Below are positions 1 through 10,516 of a stretch of 64,000 nt of DNA, one piece after another (the first letter of the stretch is position 1; each line of letters starts with the position of its first letter). Below the pieces are notes generated by a model. It was given only the letters and a program-made list of their open reading frames with translations, was not told the DNA's origin and did no database searches. A program made the position numbers and the translations under genes. The stretch lies in NCBI RefSeq assembly GCF_000142905.1, contig NW_013657616.1, positions 124,001 to 188,000 of the forward strand, read 5' to 3'. Source of the stretch: Thecamonas trahens ATCC 50062. Taxonomy: Eukaryota; Protista; Apusomonadida.

Positions 1-563
1 TGATGGTGACCAACCGCACCGGCCTCACATCGGTTTCCGATGCCACTTCGCGCCCCGGTGCCGAGACCTACACCTTTGCCTTTGGCCTGCCCAAGTTCTC
101 ACAGGTGGTCGTCGTCCGCGACGCCGCCGGCGCCGTCGTCACCTTTGACCAGCCGCTGCAGTTCTCGTACACCCACTCGACCGCCTATGACCGCAACGGT
201 GACGCGTCCAACGACGGTGTCCCGGCGCTGCTCAACTACGGTGGCACGGGCGATCTTTGGGGCATTCCCTGGGAGCAGGTCGATTCGAACGGCGACGGTG
301 TGCCCGACCGCTTTGCCCCGGCGTTTGCCATCAAGGACGGCACACCTGTCGGCGGCGACTACGTCATCAAGGGCCTCTTTGGCGACATTGTCCTTGGCGC
401 CGCCACCGTCAACGAGTGCCAGTCCGCCGGTGTCGCCGTCTCGGCGCCCATCCGCCCCGTTCCCAACTCGTACCGCGGCGAGGCCATCTTCCCCCACGAG
501 ACCGCACCCATCCCCGAGATCGCCGACGATCCCAAGGTTGTTGGTGGTGTTGTTCAGGTCTAA
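1..563 (+). CDS. 3' end of a hypothetical protein (5' part outside the window), bacterial-like, with DxNGD motifs
   Basis: Open frame to TAA at 561-563 with strong C-ending codon bias; FDQPLQFSYTHST...YGGTGDLWGIP...DSNGDG...PKVVGGVVQV. Confidence 0.7.
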   Translation, partial: MVTNRTGLTSVSDATSRPGAETYTFAFGLPKFSQVVVVRDAAGAVVTFDQPLQFSYTHSTAYDRNGDASNDGVPALLNYGGTGDLWGIPWEQVDSNGDGVPDRFAPAFAIKDGTPVGGDYVIKGLFGDIVLGAATVNECQSAGVAVSAPIRPVPNSYRGEAIFPHETAPIPEIADDPKVVGGVVQV

Positions 564-768
564 TCCGCCCCCCCCCCCCCCTCACCGGCTGAACTTGGTG
601 GCGGTAAATGCCTTCAATTTTCCCTCAACGACATGTTTAATAATGGTATGCGTGCGTAGGGAGCGAGGGAGCAAGTGACTGATACCCTGCTGCCCGGCCA
701 CGCCCGTCCCAGTCCGTGAACCCCGCCACCCCGTCTCCACGCCCACCACTCTACTCGCCTTGCCCAGC

Positions 769-1919
769 ATGTTCTACTTCTTGGCGTGTCTCCTTGTGGC
801 CTTTGGCCCCTACCCCATGGTATACTATGGCTCCAAGCTGTACGTGTGTGCGTAGCGTAGTGCGTGTGTGTGTGGGGGGGGGGGGGGGAGGGGGGGAGGG
901 GGGATGGGTGGGGACTCACGGGGTGTGTGGGCATGGGTGTGGCTATGTGGGGTTGCTGGTCTTCTGGTGGGGTGGGACTGCTGGACTCGGACTGGCTGGC
1001 TGGCTGGCTGGTTGCTGCTCCTCCTCCTCCTCCTCCTCCTACGTCTGCCTGCTGGACTCGGACTGGCTGGCTGGCTGGCTGGTTGCTGCTCCTCCTCCTC
1101 CTCCTCCTCCTACTCCTCCTGCTGGACTCGGACTGGCTGGCTGGCTGGCTGGTTGCTGCTGCTCCTCCTCCTCCTCCTCCTACTCCTCCTGCTGGACTCG
1201 GACTGGCTGGCTGGCTGGCTGGTTGCTGCTCCTCTTCCTGCTGCTACTCTCATACCAACCACTCTCTTATCTCGCTCTCCATGCACAGCTCCGACTACGC
1301 GTCCACGTCGTTGGTCGTCCGCGGCGCGCTGGGCTACGTCCTCACCTCGACGGCGCACATGATCTTCATGGCAACGTTTCTGCCCGTTGATGCTCACGAA
1401 GGAACCCTCCGCGTCGTCTCGCTCGTCGGGCAGACAATCATCTCGCTCGTCGCCATTGTCGGTGCGCTGGCCACGGTCTCGTCGGCTTCGGGTTCGGACA
1501 AGACCAAGATGAAGGCGCTCGCTCTCGGCTGGGGCGCCGCCGAGGCCCTCGGCAAGGTCCCGCAGATGTGGATGGGCTCGCGGGCCCACGAGATCGACCT
1601 CTCATGCATCGGCCTCGCCATCAAGTCCAACTTTGATGGCATCGCTGCCGTCGGCTTCCTCTACGGCGCCTTCCTCCTCTTCGAGTACGCCTCGTCGCTC
1701 CGCTTCACCTCGGCGCGCCAGTTTGTGCCCTCGCTCTTCCCGCTCACCGCCATCCTCCTCTCCATCAAGTCGGTCGTCCCCGTCGCCCTCTCCGCTCTCG
1801 CCCTCCCGCTCCCGCTCGCCATCGCCACCTCGGCCGCCATCGCCTTTGGCTCGTACTACCTCGCACAATCTGCCTTTGCCATCCATCGCTCCACCCGCTA
1901 CAAGAAGCGCGACCGCTAA
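769..1919 (+). CDS. TMEM147: TMEM147 (BOS complex subunit), 2 exons: 769-839 and 1289-1919
   Basis: ATG 769 MFYFLACLLVAFGPYPMVYYGSKL; GTACGT donor at 840, CACAG acceptor at 1288; in-frame join to SDY...MIFMATFLP...ALGWGAAE...WMGSRAHEIDL, matching TMEM147 motifs. Confidence 0.85.
979..1245. repeat. Intronic minisatellite, about 4 copies of CTGCTGGACTCGGA(CTGG)nTTGCTG(CTC)n
   Basis: Directly visible ~60-70 bp units inside the TMEM147 intron. Confidence 0.9.
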
Positions 1920-2551
1920 AAGCCAGCCGTCCATCATCGTCTACCGCCCGTAGCCTCGCCTGCCGCCCGGCCGCGAACCCTTGCCCGAACCGGGCACGTC
2001 ACCACCACCCTCCTCTGGCCACCCGAACCGCCACAGGCACGGGCACGCCACGCCACTTCACCTTCCCCGCCCCCCCCCCGCCCCCCGGTTACCGGGTAAA
2101 CGGGTAAAGGGTTTAGTTAACTTAACCCTTAAACCCCGTTTTANNNNNNNNNNNNNNNNNNNNNNNNNNNNNNNNNNNNNNNNNNNNNNNNNNNNNNNNN
2201 NNNNNNNNNNNNNNNNNNNNNNNNNNNNNNNNNNNNNNNNNNNGCCCCCCCCCCTTCCCTCCCCCCTTCCCTCTCTCCCTCTCTCCCTCTCTCTCCCCAT
2301 ATCTCCACCCACACACCGCAACCATGCGTATACACCCCCTCCCCTCCCCGCGCCGCCTTGGTCACGATCGATCACCCTTGTGATCGATCGCGTGGCGATC
2401 GTCTCCCTCCTCCCCCTCCTTCCGATCAAAGCCCCCTTCCAATCCCCTCTACCTCCCCCCTTCCCCTTCCACGACCTTTTCTGGCTGTTCACGACCTTTT
2501 CCGTAAAACGGTGAATGGCGGCGGCGTTTCACGACCTTTTTCTGCAAAGCG

Positions 2552-3223
2552 GTGAATGCGGCGGCGGGGCGACTGACCGAGAGCTCACGGTGGTGTTGGT
2601 GGGCGGGGTACTTGCGCAGCGGCGATGAGGCGCTGGTGTACACATGGGTGACAACGGCGAACGGAACCATGAAGGCGCCGTTCTTCCCCAAGGTCGACGA
2701 GATGTCTGTCCTCGAAATCCCGTACTCTGGCGCAGCGCTCTACCGGAACGACTCTGTGCGGATCCACACCTCGCTGGGGAGCTTCACCACGGCGCCGAGG
2801 CCGTACACCGACGGTTCGTCATTTGTGGGCTACTACTCGGTCCTCGTCCACATGCGGTCGGGCAGGATTGTCCGCCTCGAGTACGATGAGGGCTGCTCCG
2901 ACTGCCCCGGATCATGCGTCGGCTCCAACTGCGCCCTCTCGTACGCAGACTACGGCGTGCCGTGCTACGATACCGCCTGCGCTGTCAAGGTCTACCTCGC
3001 CTGGCTCGGGACCGACAAGGACGAGACTGAGCTCGTCTCGGCCTCACTGCTGCCCTCCAACTTTCGCCGCTTTTCTCTCTCAAATGTCCGCAAGGACGCC
3101 TCGTCGGTCTCGGGCAACGCCGTCGCCCGCGCCAGGGAGGATGCTCCCAGCACCCGCTCCTGGTCCGGCTGGCTGGCCTCGTGGTGGCCCTCTGATGCTG
3201 CTTCAGATGCATCGCACTCGTGA
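2552..3223 (+). CDS. Expp1-like conserved protein (5' end uncertain, near gap)
   Basis: FFPKVDEMSVL...GRIVRLEYDEGCSDC...CAVKVYLAWLGTDK...NFRRFSL resembles the plant/amoebozoan Expp1-type family (FRPKVDEISLL...GCxxC...LAFSGTDK...LRQYSL), recalled from memory. Confidence 0.65.
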   Translation: MNAAAGRLTESSRWCWWAGYLRSGDEALVYTWVTTANGTMKAPFFPKVDEMSVLEIPYSGAALYRNDSVRIHTSLGSFTTAPRPYTDGSSFVGYYSVLVHMRSGRIVRLEYDEGCSDCPGSCVGSNCALSYADYGVPCYDTACAVKVYLAWLGTDKDETELVSASLLPSNFRRFSLSNVRKDASSVSGNAVARAREDAPSTRSWSGWLASWWPSDAASDASHS

Positions 3224-3280
3224 TCGGCTACACGGCTTCACCTACTCGGTTTATCGCTTCCCTCGCGCTCGCCAAGCGGC

Positions 3281-4786
3281 TCACCGCCGCAGGAACCAGC
3301 CCCACGCCGCAGCCATGGCCACCATGCTTGGGTACAGCACGCTCGGCGTGCTCATAAACGGCTTCCATCCATCGGCCCACCACCCGCTCGCACTGTCAGC
3401 GTTGTAGCCCCATCCGCCGGCAAAGCCCACACAGGCGCCGGCGACCACAGACATGAGGAAGAGCTGGAAGCGAAAGACGGCCCACTCGGCGGCGCTCGCG
3501 TCGGCCTGCGGATGGCCAACCGTCCGCGCCACAACCTGGACCGCCACAATAGCGCATGCCACCGCCAGCGCTGCCACGCAGCACTCGATCTTGTGAACAA
3601 GCAGGATCCACGCCGCAAGCGTCCACGGGAGCAGGCTCGGTGCGAGGTGGTTGACCACCACCAGCCCGCCGCCGGCCGCAGCCATGCCGACCGTCGCAGC
3701 CACACCCGAGCTCAGTGCCCGCGGCATCAGCCATGACGTTGACGCTGCTGGCACAGGCAGCGCCACACTCGCCATCAGCGCTCGCGCTAGCGAGATCACG
3801 GCATCGCTCGATCGGACGGTGAGCGCAAAGCTGAAGATCGCAAACGCCGCCGTGCTCAGCACCGTCTCCTTGCGGAGCGCACCGAGCCGGGCTTCGAGCG
3901 CAGCAGCCGCAGCGGCCACCCGCTCTGCGCGGCCGGCGATCCGTGCGTGGATGGCGTCAATGTCGTCGCGGAGCTCCTTCAGCTGCTGCCGCGTCTCCGC
4001 CCGCAGGCCGAGCGTCGGCAGCGCGTGCGCGTAGTACTCGGCCAGCTGCTCGTCAAACTCGGCTTGCTGCGCTGCGCTCAGCTCGCGCCGCCGTCTTTCC
4101 CGCTGCACCGTCAGCGCCTTCGCCAGCTCGTCCGCTCCGATCCGTTCCGAGGCCAGCCACCGCTGCGCTCGCGGCGACGCGTTCAACACCACCAGCTCGG
4201 GCGTCGACGCAGCCATCTCCATCTCAATCTCGGGCGTCTTTTGCCCGTCTGCCTCGGCCACCACCACCATCTCGCGAATCGCTCCTCCTGTTCGCTCTTG
4301 GAAAAGCGTTCGCGGAAGGACAACCACGTCCTCCTCCTCGTCGTCGATCACCACACTGGCGCCCGTGCCCGCGCCCTCGCCCGGACCATCACCAGATGCA
4401 ACTACGACACGATCATCCTTGCGTCGGCGTCCTTCGCCAAAGGATCGGCTCCACGCACAACTATGGCAGCAGGCGCACCGACACCGTCGGGCGTAGAGCC
4501 AAGGACCATGTTGGTGATCATGATGATGACAGGGACCAAGATGAGGACGAGGAGTAAGGCCAGAACCACAGCAGCCAGGCCAAGAGCCGACCATCGATCC
4601 GCCAGCACAACGCCAACGGAGCGAGGGCCGATCGGACGAGATCGACCAGATGACGACCATGACCGTGATGATGATGACGATGATGATCATGATCATCGAT
4701 GAGACGATCGAGATGGTAGCCGAGCCAATGGAGGGGAAAGAGCCAAGACAGAACGATGACGTCATCAGTCGGTGGCAGACCTGCAC
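3281..4786 (-). CDS. Hypothetical protein: coiled coil followed by 4-5 C-terminal TM segments (5' end uncertain)
   Basis: 501-aa ORF; heptad-like region ~4150-3870 and hydrophobic stretches to the stop; the N-terminal ~110 aa look less coding. Confidence 0.6.
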   Translation of the reverse strand: MQVCHRLMTSSFCLGSFPSIGSATISIVSSMIMIIIVIIITVMVVIWSISSDRPSLRWRCAGGSMVGSWPGCCGSGLTPRPHLGPCHHHDHQHGPWLYARRCRCACCHSCAWSRSFGEGRRRKDDRVVVASGDGPGEGAGTGASVVIDDEEEDVVVLPRTLFQERTGGAIREMVVVAEADGQKTPEIEMEMAASTPELVVLNASPRAQRWLASERIGADELAKALTVQRERRRRELSAAQQAEFDEQLAEYYAHALPTLGLRAETRQQLKELRDDIDAIHARIAGRAERVAAAAAALEARLGALRKETVLSTAAFAIFSFALTVRSSDAVISLARALMASVALPVPAASTSWLMPRALSSGVAATVGMAAAGGGLVVVNHLAPSLLPWTLAAWILLVHKIECCVAALAVACAIVAVQVVARTVGHPQADASAAEWAVFRFQLFLMSVVAGACVGFAGGWGYNADSASGWWADGWKPFMSTPSVLYPSMVAMAAAWGWFLRR

Positions 4787-4819
4787 TGGGCCATGTCGTC
4801 GATGGGCGATGGTGTGTGT

Positions 4820-4885
<66 letters not shown>
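4820..4885. repeat. (GAT)n microsatellite
   Basis: About 21 perfect GAT units. Confidence 0.95.
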
Positions 4886-4886
<1 letters not shown>

Positions 4887-5130
4887 GGTCAGAGTCGGTC
4901 GAGCACACGCCGCTAGGTACGGCATGGCCGAGTCGACGGGTGTGGAGGTGGTGGGACTGGGGAGACTGGGGAGGGTGGAGCAGAGCATGAGGATGAAGAT
5001 GAGAAGGAGGAAGGCCGAGCAGTTCTGCGCCATGCCGTGCCGGTCGTCCCCACCGTCGTCGTCTGGCTGGCCGACGGGCGAGTTGAGCGCCGAGTCGCCA
5101 AACTGTCGCTTCAATTGACGAACGTTGAGT

Positions 5131-5226
5131 GTTAGATTAATGTTTGGCGGGGGCATGCATTATGGGAACATTAGATTAATGGTTAGCGGGGGCATGCATT
5201 ATGGGAACGTTAGATTAATGGTTGGT
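5131..5226. repeat. 39-bp tandem repeat (TTAGATTAATG...GGGGGCATGCATTATGGGAAC), about 2.4 copies
   Basis: Directly visible. Confidence 0.85.
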
Positions 5227-5354
5227 GCCAACCATGTCGCGATGATCATCGTTGTCGCGCTGATCAACGCAGAGCCATATTGCCATCGCATATCATGTGA
5301 TGATGAACAGCGCCGCGGTTACAAAGGCTTGAGGGTTTACAAAGGCTTGAGGGT

Positions 5355-7844
5355 TTAGGTCTGGGTCTGGGTCTGGGTCTGGGGCTGGGGCTGACCCGGC
5401 TGGGGCTGACCCTCAACATGTTGCAAGGCCGTCAAGGCGAAAGCAGTGTCGGCAGAGACGCTGGCAACCACGGCATCGACGTCTGCTGTCAGCCAAGAGA
5501 GTGGCGCCGAGGCGAGAAACATGTCGCGATAGCCTTCGGTGAGGAGGAGGCCAGCGGCATCGGCGTAGCGCCCGGCTCCGGCGAGATGATGGACGACGTG
5601 AGAGCGGAGGTAGGCGCCATGGCGGTTGTGGCAGGTGCGAGGACAGCCATCCAGCTCGATGGCGTGCTCGGCTCGGTGCCGTAATCTGAAAGGCCAGCAG
5701 CGGCGTTGGCGAGAAGCGCGGCGTGAAAGGGAGCAGCGGCGCAGCGAGGGACCCGCCACTGAAGGTAGTCGTAGAGGAGGGCATGGATCGAATACATGCC
5801 GTCGGTTCGCTCGTCCTGGATGAGCCTGCGCGCCACAAGGAGATCGAGGAGGGCGTCAACTGGATCGTCGAGAGCACCCATTTCGTCGGTGCTGCCAGTC
5901 CAGAGGATGCGGAGGACAGAGGCGCTGACGGCAGCGTCACTGCGGAGGACAACGAGCTTGCGGTACTCGTCGGCGAGGAACGAGATCGAGGACACACAGA
6001 GATGGACGAGTCGGAGATGAGCCTCTGGTGCAGCCACGAGCTTGTCAAAGGCATGCATCAGCCGCGGAAACGAGCCTGGACGCGAGCCAAAGACGGCACC
6101 GATCATGGCGAGGAGGAGTGGCGAGTCGCCGCAAAAACCGCGAGCTGTGCTGCACGGTCTGGGAGCCGATCCAGCGGCAAGTCGGCCCACTTGGAAAGCA
6201 TGAGCAGAGCGGTATCGACGTCGAGGTCGCCAAGCTCGTATATCGGCCCGGAAAGTGGGGCGTTGTCTAGTGCCCGACTCGTTCGCGAGGTGACGAGGAC
6301 GGTGACCGCGAGTTGCGTGGTGGCAAAGGCGGAAGTGGCGGCAGCCAGCGCTTGCGCCACCGCGCTCGCCTCGCAGGCGTCGTCGAGTACAACAAGAACA
6401 TGACGCGGCGCATCGCGATGGGCTGTTGCAAAGGTAGAAGCGGCATCGGCGGCGCGGGCCAGCTCTGTGGCCACAAACCGCTCGTCCGGCAGCGCACCGA
6501 GGGCGATCCAGAAGAGGCCACATGCAAAGGCGCGACGGACAGCGTCATCGCGGACAATGCCAATGACTAGGTACGTCTTGCCAGTTCCGGATGGACCAAC
6601 AACGCCGACAACGCCCGCAACAGCGGGAGGAGGGCCTCGACAATGGCGGCGTGATCGGCGGAGCGCGGGACAATGTCGGCGATGGGCAGCTCCGGGACCG
6701 AGGCGTCGAGCGGGCCGAGGAGCAGGAGCTCGTGCAGAGCCTCGAGGCGAGTGACAAGCGTTTCAAACGACGGGCGGCGGGTCGGATCGGGGGCGACGCA
6801 AGTGGTGATGAGCGGATCCACAAGGGTGGCGAGGAACGAGGATCGAGAGGTCGGAGTTGGCGGTAGGAGGAGAGCGGCGTAAGCGTTGGTCTCGCGGAAT
6901 GCGGCGTATCGGGCCTTGTGGCGGTAGACGACCTCTGCGGCGGTGACGCCAAAGGCAAAGACGTCGACGGCCGGGGTGGGGCGGCCGCCGACAAACAGCT
7001 CGGGCGCCATGTACCTGCGGGTGCCGGCCATCATGGGCGCTGACATGGACTCGATGACGTGGGCGAGGCCAAAGTCGGCGATCTTGACCACGGCGCGCGA
7101 GGCGTCGACAAGAATGTTGGCCGGCTTGAGGTCGCGATGGAGGATGCCGCGGATGTGCAGGTACGCCATGCCCGACGCCACTCCGCGGAGGAGGCGGACC
7201 CTCTCGGCGTGGCTCAGCACCACCTCCGAGTAGAACAGCAGCGTCCTCAGATCGGTGTGGAGGAGTTCGAGGACAATGGCCGGCGGTGAGATGGAGACTG
7301 CCAGCAGCGTCACTGTGTTGGGGTGTGCCAGCTGCGACAAGACCTTGACCTCCTCCACCAGAGCCTGCCGGACCCGCATCAGCTCGGTCGCCTCGCTCTC
7401 GTCGAGCGTCTCAGCCTCTTTCTCCGTCATGTCTTGGGTCACAGCCGTAGATGTGACTGTTTTGTTGCCGCTCTGCCCATCGTCGGCATCGTCTTGGCTC
7501 TGCCCATCATGATCATGCTCGGGAGGATGATTATCAGCAACAGCATCAGCATGCTCAGGATGATGCTGATGACGACCGTGCTGCCGCCTGTGCAAGCGAA
7601 GTCGCTTGACGGCAACAGGCGTGCCCGCCCATACGCCGCGAAAAACATCGGCAAAGGCGCCCGAGCCGATGGTCTCGACAATCCTCAGCTCGTCCCAAGA
7701 GATGTCGTGCGCTCGGCGAACTGAGGCCGTGTCGTCCGACGACATGCCCCCGCCGCCGGCCCCTTCCCACACATCCTCCTCGCTTCCTCGCCTTTGTCCA
7801 GCCATCGGCACGCCACTCATAGTTTCTGTAGAAAACGTTGACAT
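5355..7844 (-). CDS. TKL-family protein kinase fused to an NB-ARC (Apaf-1-like STAND NTPase) domain; split by 3 single-base frameshifts
   Basis: Kinase motifs IGSGAFADV, VAVKRL, HRDLKPAN, DFG, YMAPE, DVFAFG; then across frames GPSGTGKT (Walker A), LFWIALG, VLVVLDDA (Walker B), VLVTSR, CGDSPLLL (GLPL), YSIHALLYDYL (MHD), YLRSHVVHHL (helical domain). Confidence 0.85.
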
Positions 7845-7980
7845 GATTCCCTCTGTAGAGTTTGATGTCTCTAGCAAGACGTATCCGACCGCTGGAGCCT
7901 CCACACTGCCGGGCCTCTGCACGTCGAGTGCGACTCTCCGCGTCGCCAACCCCAACGATAACCACGGGAACGATTAACAC

Positions 7981-8233
7981 GATAAATCCCAATGATCTCA
8001 ACGATTAACCACGACAACGATGAATCCCAATGATCTCAACGATTAGCCACGACAACGATGAATCCCAATGATCTCAACGATTAACCACGACAACGATGAA
8101 TCCCAATGATCTCAACGATTAACCACGACAACGATAAATCCCAATGATCTCAACGATTAGCCACGACAACGATGAATCCCAATGATCTCAACGATTAACC
8201 ACGACAACGATAAATCCCAATGAACTCAACGAT
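7981..8233. repeat. 38-bp minisatellite, about 6.6 copies, in a divergent-promoter interval
   Basis: AATCCCAATGATCTCAACGATTA(A/G)CCACGACAACGAT(G/A) with period 38 (7985, 8023, 8061...8213). Confidence 0.95.
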
Positions 8234-8345
8234 TCGATTCGAGCGATTCTTTCTTCTCTTGCACAGCTACGGCGCAGCCGACACCTCTCCCCTCCCCCCT
8301 CCCCCCCCCCCCCCCCCCTCCCGCCCATCATCCCCAACGTATATC

Positions 8346-10516
8346 ATGTTCAAAGGCCTCCTCAAAGCAAGTGGCGGTGGAGATGGCGGCGGAATAGCGG
8401 CGACCATGGAGGCGCACGCGACAGCTGAGCGATGGCCCGGACGGCCAAACATGTAGTGAAGCGAGGACACAGTGTTCGCAAGGCCATGACCAAGCTACGC
8501 AAGGCCATCACTGCGCATGCATCTGCTCTATCTGCTGCTGCTCGGCTTGATACAGATCTCATCAATGTCATCACCATCGCCATGGACTCGGCTCAGTCTC
8601 TCCGCCTCGATTCGGCTGCTCGGGCTCTCACTCCTGCTCCTCCCCGTCCTCCTCCGCCCAGCGATCAGTTCGATGCTGATGATCAAGAGAGCCAGCATGA
8701 GGCTTATGACGCGACTCGGGCAACTCGCTCGACCGACTCGCAGGGAAGACTGCTTGACGATGTCAATGCTGGTCTCGCTCACATCGCGGCGGTGCTCGAT
8801 GATGCGAGCGCGAGAAAGACGTCTGAGGCGCAGGTCTTTGCAACCGCCCTGGTGGGACGGGTCGAGTCGCTGCTGACAGCTCTGGACGAGGCACAGGTTC
8901 GCCACAAAGCTCTGCTTGACGATCGATACAAGGCGCTCAACTCGCGAGTCGTCTCGTTTGTCAAGGAGGCGACCAAGGCGAGGAAGCGACTCGCCCGGTT
9001 TGTGCGCAAGTACGGTTCGGATCCGGAGGAGCTCAACACTCGCCGTGTTGCGTACGAAGATCTGGTTGTTGACACCATCCACACCGAGCAGAACATGTTG
9101 TATGCCGCCAAGCAGGCACAGGAGTTTGCTGCCAAGCTCCTGCGCTCCGCCATTGTTGCCATTCGCTCGATCTTTACCGGCTTTGTCGACGGCCTCCACG
9201 CCTACCTCGTCACCGTTCGTGGCGTCCATCTTGCTTCGGCCGAGGCCCTCGCCCGCTCTTTCCCCGAGTGGGAGTACCTAACGCTTGCTGCCCACGTCCT
9301 CCCGCCTTCGGCTGAAGCCGCCATCTCCGATCCGGTCTCCACCGCCCAGCTCTTGCCGAGCGGGCTCGACACCCTTGTCGAAGCCGCCTTCCCAGGTGTC
9401 CTCATTGAGCCAAGCTCACTCTCTACCCAGGCTGCACTCTCGACTGCCGAGGCCGAGATCGACGCTACTGACGATGTCGACGCCGAGGCCGAGGCCGAGG
9501 CCGGCGCCACCGACGATGTCGACGAGACCTGGGACTCGACTACGTCTGCGCTGGCCGAGCCGGTCGAGGATTTGCTCGAGGGCGCCGCGCTACCGGACCT
9601 TGGCCCGGCCAGCGCCTCGTCGACCGATCGCATCCTTCATCTCCCGCTCTTCCAGCCCGTCACCATGCTGTATGACTACACAGCCATGACCGCCGATGAG
9701 CTCTCGTTCGCAGCCGGCGAGATCCTCATGTGGAACGGCGCCGAGTCGTCTGGCTGGGGCTATGCCATGCGCCCGGCAACTGCTGCAGAGGGCTTCTTTC
9801 CGCTCAACTACGCAGACTCGGCCGCCCTTCGCGCGCTGCCCACACCTCCGCCCATGCCCGCTTCTCGCCAGGCCTTTCCAGCCCATCCACAAGTTTTTAT
9901 CTTTCCCGACCACGATGCCGACCGCGATGCCGACCGCGCCGGCCCGTCGGCATCGACGGCATCGACCACGCCGGCTGCCAGCGGCGGCGCCACCCCGCCG
10001 CCGCTGTACTCGGCCATGTTTCCCAGCGGCCCACGTGGCTCGGCCGCCGCCGCCTCGCTGCCGCCGCTTGAGATCCCGCAGGGCATGGCGGTTGCTGAAG
10101 GTGTGCCGAGCACCCCGCCGGTCCTCAACACCCGTGCAGAACTCCTCCGCGACATCCGCGCCCAGCGTCTCGGCCGTGTTGTCCTCCGCGCGCCGGCTGA
10201 GCCTGCCGATGAGGCCGCCAGCGTCGAAGACGTCACGCCTGACACCATTGCTGCACCGACCCGCGGCGATCTTCTTGCACAGATCCGCAACGGGGCTGCT
10301 CTCCGCCGCACTCATGCTCCGGCAAGGGTAGCCGCTTCGTCATCAACAACATCCTCCCTCTTGCAAGACCTTCGCGTCGCTGCTCGGGATCGCCGCCGCG
10401 AGGCTATTACTCGGCAACTGCAAGATCATGTCGGCGCCTCATCAAGCAGGCATTACGACTATCTGCAGCGTAACAGCCTTCCGTCGTGGTCGTCATCTGA
10501 TGACGAGTCGTGGTAG
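8346..10516 (+). CDS. BAR-like coiled coil + SH3 + Pro-rich + WH2 x2 + central/acidic-Trp tail protein (probable frameshift near 8434)
   Basis: SH3 VTMLYDYTAMTADELSF...GW...GFFPLNYA; WH2-like RAELLRDIR and RGDLLAQIRNGAALRRT; C-terminus SSSDDESW; ATG 8346 joins the 8432 ORF with one added G. Confidence 0.8.

Noticed and set aside
864-1288. Repetitive N-terminus of the 351-aa ORF
   Set aside because: Lies inside the TMEM147 intron
2085-2143. Telomeric repeat (TTTAGGG-like)
   Set aside because: No tandem array, internal position, and low-quality sequence next to a gap
4772-4990. Poly-Met / poly-Asp / poly-Ser ORFs
   Set aside because: Translations of a (GAT)n microsatellite
7981-8233. CRISPR-like array
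   Set aside because: Units are contiguous with no unique spacers; no cas genes; eukaryotic context
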